Source: Podarcis erhardii (lineage: Eukaryota). Taken from it: a DNA stretch of 64,000 bases. Shown here one piece after another: positions 58,100 through 64,000 of this stretch. The stretch lies in assembly GCA_964252035.1 (NCBI GenBank), contig OZ176213.1; one strand, written 5' to 3'. The position numbers and the translations under genes were made by a program. Each line of letters begins with the position of its first letter. The first letter of the stretch is position 1. The notes below the pieces were generated by a model that had not been told where the DNA came from, ran no database searches, and saw only the letters and a list, made by a program, of their open reading frames with translations.

Positions 58100-61000
58100 A
58101 AGAAGAAGAAGAAGAAGAAGAAGAAGATAATATACCCTACCCATCTGGCTGGGTTTCCCCAGCCACTCTGAAGAAGAATAATATAATATACCCCACCCAT
58201 CTGGCTGGGTTTCCCCAGCCACTCGGGGCGGCTTCCAACAGGATACTAAAAACACAGTAAAAAATAAAACATTAAATACTTCCCTAAACAGGACTGCCTT
58301 CAGATGTCTTCTAAAATTTTACCCCTGTGCGGCCCCCGGTCCATTTCTCCTGCCTACTGACAGCCCACTCCTCTCTCCTCTTGCCACTCTCATCACATTT
58401 TGCATAAACCTCAAAGGATTGGGGGGGGGGGAGTTTTGAGCGCCAAATCAACTCTTAAATTCAGAAAAAGAAGCATCCAAAATATGCAGCCTTTCAGGTA
58501 TTGTACCGATTTGCATCCTTTAGTCCAGGCTTCCTTAAACTTGGCCCTCCAGATGTTTTGAGACTACAATTCCTATCATCCCTGACCAGTGGTCCTGCTA
58601 GCTAGGGATCATGGGAGTTGTAGGCCAAAAACATCTGGAGGGCCGAGGTTGAGGATGCCTGCTTTAGTCAGAATAAAAGGTGTATGGTATGAAAGCTTTA
58701 TTGCCACCTTTCACAATGAACATCCACAAATTACACCTCTTCTCTCTGCAGCACCCATCTTCAGGAGGTCCTCTTTGCACCAGGAAGACAGTGTTTGGGG
58801 CCCTCTTTGCTCCCCCTCCCTTGCATTCCACTCACCGTTTTTGCTGGCATTTTGATCCAACGATGTGTTAGCAGAAATACTGTCCACAGTCATCCATTTT
58901 CTCAGCCGGGACTGTGGCTCCTTAATACTGCCCAAGTCCATATTTACATTCAAGTTTGAGTTCAATCCTGCATTGAAGAAATTGGGTTACACTCTCTGGA
59001 CTCCAGTTCAGCTAAGCATAGCAGTCTGAATAAAACAGGCCTCCTGCTAACTTCACTGTCAAGAGGCAGTTTATTATTATCGTCACAGACCAGTTCTGGG
59101 TCACTTACAATATCAGGAAAATCATAAAACACAACAGGAATACACTGAATTGCAATTGGGTATGACAGAGACAATTCAGATATAGCGGCAGTTTAAAAAG
59201 TATATTAAATCTTGATCACTAAAATATAACCTAAAATTATCATTTAAAACCTTAATCATTTTGGTAGTACAGCTTGTTCCCTAAGTTTTATGGCAGCGTC
59301 AAGAGGCAGGATTCACTATGAATACCAGCTGCTCAGAACCACAAGCGAGGAGAGTGCTGCTGCTGTACTCAGGTCCCAAAAGAGGCATTGTGATTTTTTG
59401 AGCTGGGAGACTGTGCCTCAGCAAAACAGAAGCAGCAGCTCTTAAACAGCAAGACGGGACACTTTTTAGAAGGCTCTAGTAATTAAGCCTCAAACTGAAG
59501 AGTGGAATTCAAATTGAATCTTGGGAGGAAACAATTTTATTTATTCAATTTATAACATTTATCAATAAGAAGGAATTAACTTTCAAACACGTTAAAATAG
59601 CCATAGGCTAAATACGGATTAAAGCTCATATCAACATTCTAAACCTTGGGGTAGGCTTGTCTAAATAAAAATGTTTCTAGCAGGCGCTGGCCTGATGTCA
59701 AGAGGCAGGGAGTTCCACAGTGTAGGTGCTGCCACACTAAAATATTGAATTCTGCCGATCAAAGCAGCTGATTGAATGGAATTGAATGGAAAACCTGTTA
59801 AATTATACATTCACTTGCAATTGGGAATCCTGTTTCCTTTGAGGAGCCTAAAGGGGGACCTCCATTGAGGATTTCCATTGAGGATTGAGAATTATGTCTT
59901 TAATCTGGTGAAGTCAGGCACCAAAAGAAAGCTAGGAAACCGACTAGCAGGATTGTTAATGCTGGCTGCAGAATCAGAGACAAGGGGCTTAGCCAGGCAG
60001 CCACTGGCTCTCTTTTGAGAGAGGCTAAGACCAAGCACTGACCCAGCTCACAGCCTTGGTCACCTGATGCAGATTAGCCATAAGACGAGTTGGAGAGGAC
60101 ACTCACCTATGGGAAAGTTGCTGAATGCATTGATTTGTGACGGCCCTTTCTGCAGCTCTGGGTTGGCGTGGGGCACAACGTTCTCCACAAAAGACTTCAT
60201 GGCAGAATGATGGAGCTGCTGTTGGGATGGAAGCAGCTGCTGCTGTTGCTGCTGCTGCTGCTTCATGAGTAGGTTTGGATCCAGCTGACAAGACTGTTGC
60301 ATCATCTGTTGCTGCATATTGAGAGCGCGACTCTTCAAGCAGAGAGAGAGGGAAAAAATGGATTTGAGACAGATGTCCTGTCTGAGGCCTGCACAACTAG
60401 GAAGTGGTTCCACTGTAGCTGTGAAACAGAAGCCACAGCATATATAGCAGGCAGCTATAGAATCATGGAACTGTAGAGCTTGAAGGGACTCTCAGGACCA
60501 TCTAATCCAACCCCCTGCAATGCATGAATATGCAAGAATCGAACCTGCAACCTTGGTGTTATCAGCACCTGAGCTGCTCAGTGTGTGCAGAAGGTCCCAG
60601 GTTCAATGCCCAGGTAGGACCCCCCGCCATTTGAAATCCTGGAAAGCCATTACTGCCAGTCAGAGTTGTACACAGTACTGAGCTGGATGGCCTGACTCTG
60701 TCTAAAACGGCATCCTAAACTTCTAATTCAGTCTAGTGGGTCATATGTTCTACAGACTTTCTGCCATTACAACCTGTGCACAAAGGTCGAACTGGCTTAA
60801 GCATCCAGCGAAAAAGGCCAAAATAATCATTCTTGTAATAGTCAAACAGAGCAGCAGAGATAATTCAGAAAACACACACAACCAACATGACTTGAATCTG
60901 CAATATGGATGAAATCTTAAATAATGTTGTCTATGTATTCCTGGCAATGGATGTGAAAATAATTTTGTTATTTGCAAATAAAACCTATCTTCTTTTCAAC

Positions 61001-61246
61001 CTGCAAAATGGTCACTGTTAACGTACAATATTTAAACAAAGCGAGTCCTTGATCTGGGCTGCAAAACATAGGTGGTGAACTTGCACTTGTTCTTTGAAAT
61101 AAAGTGGTCTGATTAGAACAACCTTTAGAATAACTTTATCCAGCAAGGAGAGAAAAAAGAGACGCTCCTTTGACCATGCATGAAGGCAGCAGGAAGGAAA
61201 ACAGGATAATCATAGAATCGTGGAGTTGGAAGGGATAATGATGTTG

Positions 61247-61290
<44 letters not shown>

Positions 61291-62529
61291 TCATGATTTA
61301 TACCCTGCCCATCTGGCTGGGTTTCCCCAGCCACTCTGGGGTCCTCCTGCAGTCCAGGAATCTTTTGCCCAACATGTGGCTCGAACCCACAACCCTGTGG
61401 GTTCTTCCAAGAAGTGGGTTCTTCTAAGAAGTGAGCTAGTTCTTCCACAACAGATGATTCACCTATTTTGCCAAGGTGCGTTGCTAAGTGCACCCTAGCT
61501 TTTACAAAGGGCTGTCCACCGTTCCACTGAAATATTCCAGTTCTCAGGCAAACAGCCCTGAACTGGCAACAAGAGATTTGTGAAGAAGGGGATAATGTAT
61601 GGGTCAGCGGAGAAAGACCCAATTCAACCTGATCTTTCCCGATCAATTCAGGTCAATAGAAGGCAGAACCAATATTAAAAATGAAAGAGAAAACAAAAAG
61701 GTTCCCCAAACCCTACCTGCTGCTGCTGCTCCTGGCGGCTGCCACCCCCAGCAGAGGACATGTTTCTCTGGCTCGGCACTTTCCTCTGCTGGGCCAGCAA
61801 TCGCTGCAAAAAGTCAGGAAGAAGTCAGGGCAGAGTCAGGGAGGATGAGCACTTTCTAAGCAAAGTTGGGGGAGGAAGTGTATCACTTACTTGTAACTGG
61901 GAGATCTGGGAAAGCTGGTTGAGCTGGGAGAGTTGGTTCAACATGGCTACCTGTTGCGGGCCGAAGAGTGGATTCAGGCCCCCGTTGTTTGGTGCATACT
62001 TCAGCAAGGATACTGGAACCTACAAAGCGGAGAAAAGCATGACAATGACATGAAGGTTGGAAGTTGGCTAGGATAGAGGGAGGGAGACACGCAACCAACA
62101 CCTTCTCACCATAAGCAGGAAGAGCTGCCACAGCAGATACTGGCAGCCTTGCTTGGCTTGGAGGCCCTTTACTTAGCTCTTTAAAAACTTGGGGGTGGGG
62201 AGTCCCGTAATGGGATGTGGAAGGGAGAAGAGGAGAGGTGGAAGGTGGAGAATGTGACTTGTGTTTGCTTGTACCAGGGCAGGTGCTATTGGGACCAAGC
62301 CTGGCAGCCATCATTTTTGAAGAGAGGGATGTCTTTACAAAACTAGCACACCCATCCAACCAACATCAGGCCAGGCCTTCTCTTTCACAAGCCTCACCTG
62401 AGGGGAGAGCAATGGAGGAGGCACTTGAGCACGTGGATTAGGCTGAGATGAGTTAAGAGGCTGTGCTGGAGACGGCTGCATACTCCGGGGCTGTGCTGCT
62501 AGATTTCCAAACATACTGGGGTTGCCATT
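53141..62529 (-). CDS. TNRC6A: TNRC6A (GW182) C-terminal 12 coding exons: Q-rich region, silencing domain, PAM2, RRM; 5' part lies beyond the window
   Basis: Exons (minus) 62529-62398, 62019-61891, 61803-61717, 60332-60107, 58967-58836, 57648-57490, 56950-56810 (PAM2 [10 protein letters not shown]), 56012-55899, 55677-55459, 54860-54790, 54650-54511 (RRM with the A-paralogue-type [25 protein letters not shown]), 53522-53141 (...[10 protein letters not shown]). Phases consistent. Confidence 0.96.
53716..53900 (+). mobile_element. tRNA-derived squamate SINE
   Basis: A/B-box-like agtggtagaacacc...ggttcaaa head followed by the family body (cctgaaacccc...gagctagatggaacc...gcagcttcc). Confidence 0.65.
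58070..58126. repeat. (AAG)19 microsatellite
   Basis: Directly visible; it is the tail of an inverted L2-like 3' end. Confidence 0.95.
58526..58661. mobile_element. Palindromic hAT MITE with 8-bp TSD
   Basis: Long arms caggcttccttaaacttggccctccagatgtttt / aaaacatctggagggccgaggttgaggatgcctg; TSD CTTTAGTC at 58518-58525 and 58662-58669. Confidence 0.9.
61248..61290. repeat. (AAT)14 microsatellite
   Basis: Directly visible. Confidence 0.93.
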
Positions 62530-63051
62530 CTGCAGAGAGAACGTAAAAAGAGGGCTGAGCAGCTGTTCCCACCCTCTCCCAAGACAGGAGCAGGAGTACA
62601 TAACCATAAAGTGGCAGCTTAGGTCAGGAGTGACAGAAAGTATGGTCTGCCGGCTACTGAAGCTGCTTCTTGCATTGCCCTTAAGCGTTGCATTCAGCAC
62701 ATGTAGGGAAACAGACAAATGTTCAGCCTAGTGCTGTTTTGGTAGGAAGGCGGCATTTCTAAGAAGGTGAGCTTGGAGCTGAGATGTACGTTGAAGCAAA
62801 CAAGCATCACCCTGAAACCAGAGAGTAAGACCAAGTTTCCATCTCCCTCTGAATTCTACAGAGCTACTTTGTGGGCTTCCTCCCACTGGGGCATCTGCTT
62901 GGCCACTGTGAGGCTCCAACTGCTGCAGAGCTCTTTTGACATTCTTATACCCTTGACTCTTAGTAGACCCTGAAACTCTTTTGCCTGGAAGCAAAAAAGA
63001 ATGCCTGCATCCCAGCACTCCTACAAGGAGCTGAGGGAAGCATGCCTAGTG

Positions 63052-63191
63052 CAGTGCTTTTTTTCTCCCTGAAAAAAAATGTTTAGGGACTACTCTCATT
63101 TTCCTACTCATATTGAAATACTGCCAATCTTAGATTCACAAAATGTTTAAGGGTACGTGTACCGCTGCGTCCCCCCAGAAAAAAAGCACTG
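63052..63191. mobile_element. Small hAT-type MITE
   Basis: TIR CAGTGCTTTTTTT / AAAAAAAGCACTG; imperfect 8-bp TSD cctag(g)tg. Confidence 0.75.
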
Positions 63192-64000
63192 CCTAGGTGT
63201 GTGGGCACATACACACTGTCCTTACGATGGAAGTGGGATGTAGGTTCAAGTGAAGGGATTGGGATTTGCCTAAGCCAGTTAGTGATCTTTCAAAGCTCAG
63301 GGGAAATTTGAATCAGGCTCTTCCATGTCTTAAGACCAGTTTTTCCCAAACTAGGGTCTCCAGTTGTTGTTTTTTGGGACCACAAATCCCATCATTCCTA
63401 GCTGGCAAGACCAGTGGTCAGAGATGATGGGAATTGTAGTTTGAAAACAGCTGGAGACCCGAGTTTAGGAAACAATGTCTTAAACCTATAGTTCAAGCTA
63501 CAGCACCACAATGGAGCTCCAGTCAGTATGATAAATCTATCTGCCACAGGAGACACTGGGAACCCACCAGGTCCTTCACCAGTAACAGGATCCTTGGTTA
63601 ATGAGGGGGATGCCCTGAGGGAAGAAGGGAGCCCCCAAGACATACTGCAGTGGCACAACTGCTTCTCTTCTCACCCAACCACCCTTTCTGGACTAAAGTG
63701 AACATGCCAACAACAACCAGAACACAAAAGCTAAGCCTGTGCTTGCAAAAATAGGCAAACACAGCCCTCAGATGGGGCTGTAAACACAAGCCCTGTCTAC
63801 CCAAGGGTCTGGTTCCTGCACTGTGCGGAGTTGCGACTAGGTGACCCTTGGGGTACCTATGAATCTATGATTCTGTGCTGCCTTCAGTTCTCCATATGCT
63901 ATTGCAAATACGTGGACAGCGGTCGGAGGGTTGAGAAGTTAAAAAGAAACTATGAATGAGAAGCAGAGGAGAGTAACAGGCACATATAAAGAGATGGTGT

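Noticed and set aside
57865-58255. ORFs with poly-F, poly-K or poly-L (also 12200-12382 and 61125-61646)
   Set aside because: Translations of (AAG)n or (AAT)n microsatellites.
62530-64000. Further upstream TNRC6A exon
   Set aside because: No translation matched the expected preceding sequence; it probably lies beyond the window.

Overview
Squamate (lizard, probably lacertid, inferred from Sauria SINE, BovB and Tc1/pogo and hAT MITE content) genomic DNA containing five genes. In order: DCTN5 exons 1-3 (minus strand), head-to-head with a complete 13-exon PALB2 (+); a complete NDUFAB1 (+); an unnamed 11-exon, about 1277-aa transmembrane mucin-like gene (signal peptide, S/T/P domain, SEA with GSVVV, Cys-rich/EGF, TM, conserved-looking tail) (+); and the last 12 coding exons of TNRC6A/GW182 (minus, convergent). 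PALB2 intron 11 holds a 6.5-kb, very young, apparently intact Ty3/Gypsy chromovirus of the Tf1/sushi type. Its LTRs differ at 1 of 788 bp and it has a 5-bp TSD. It shows an 11-nt self-priming PBS instead of a tRNA PBS, a G-GGA-AAC plus pseudoknot -1 frameshift, a chromodomain lacking the aromatic cage, and a pol ORF that runs through the PPT and the whole 3' U3, so each LTR carries its own 211-codon ORF. Also present: a 5'-truncated BovB LINE with TSD, a 39-nt U2 snRNA fragment nested in a hAT MITE, and many MITEs, SINEs, CR1/L2/RTE fragments and microsatellites. Gene calls come from hand translation, splice-phase checks and remembered vertebrate protein sequences; no database searches were run.
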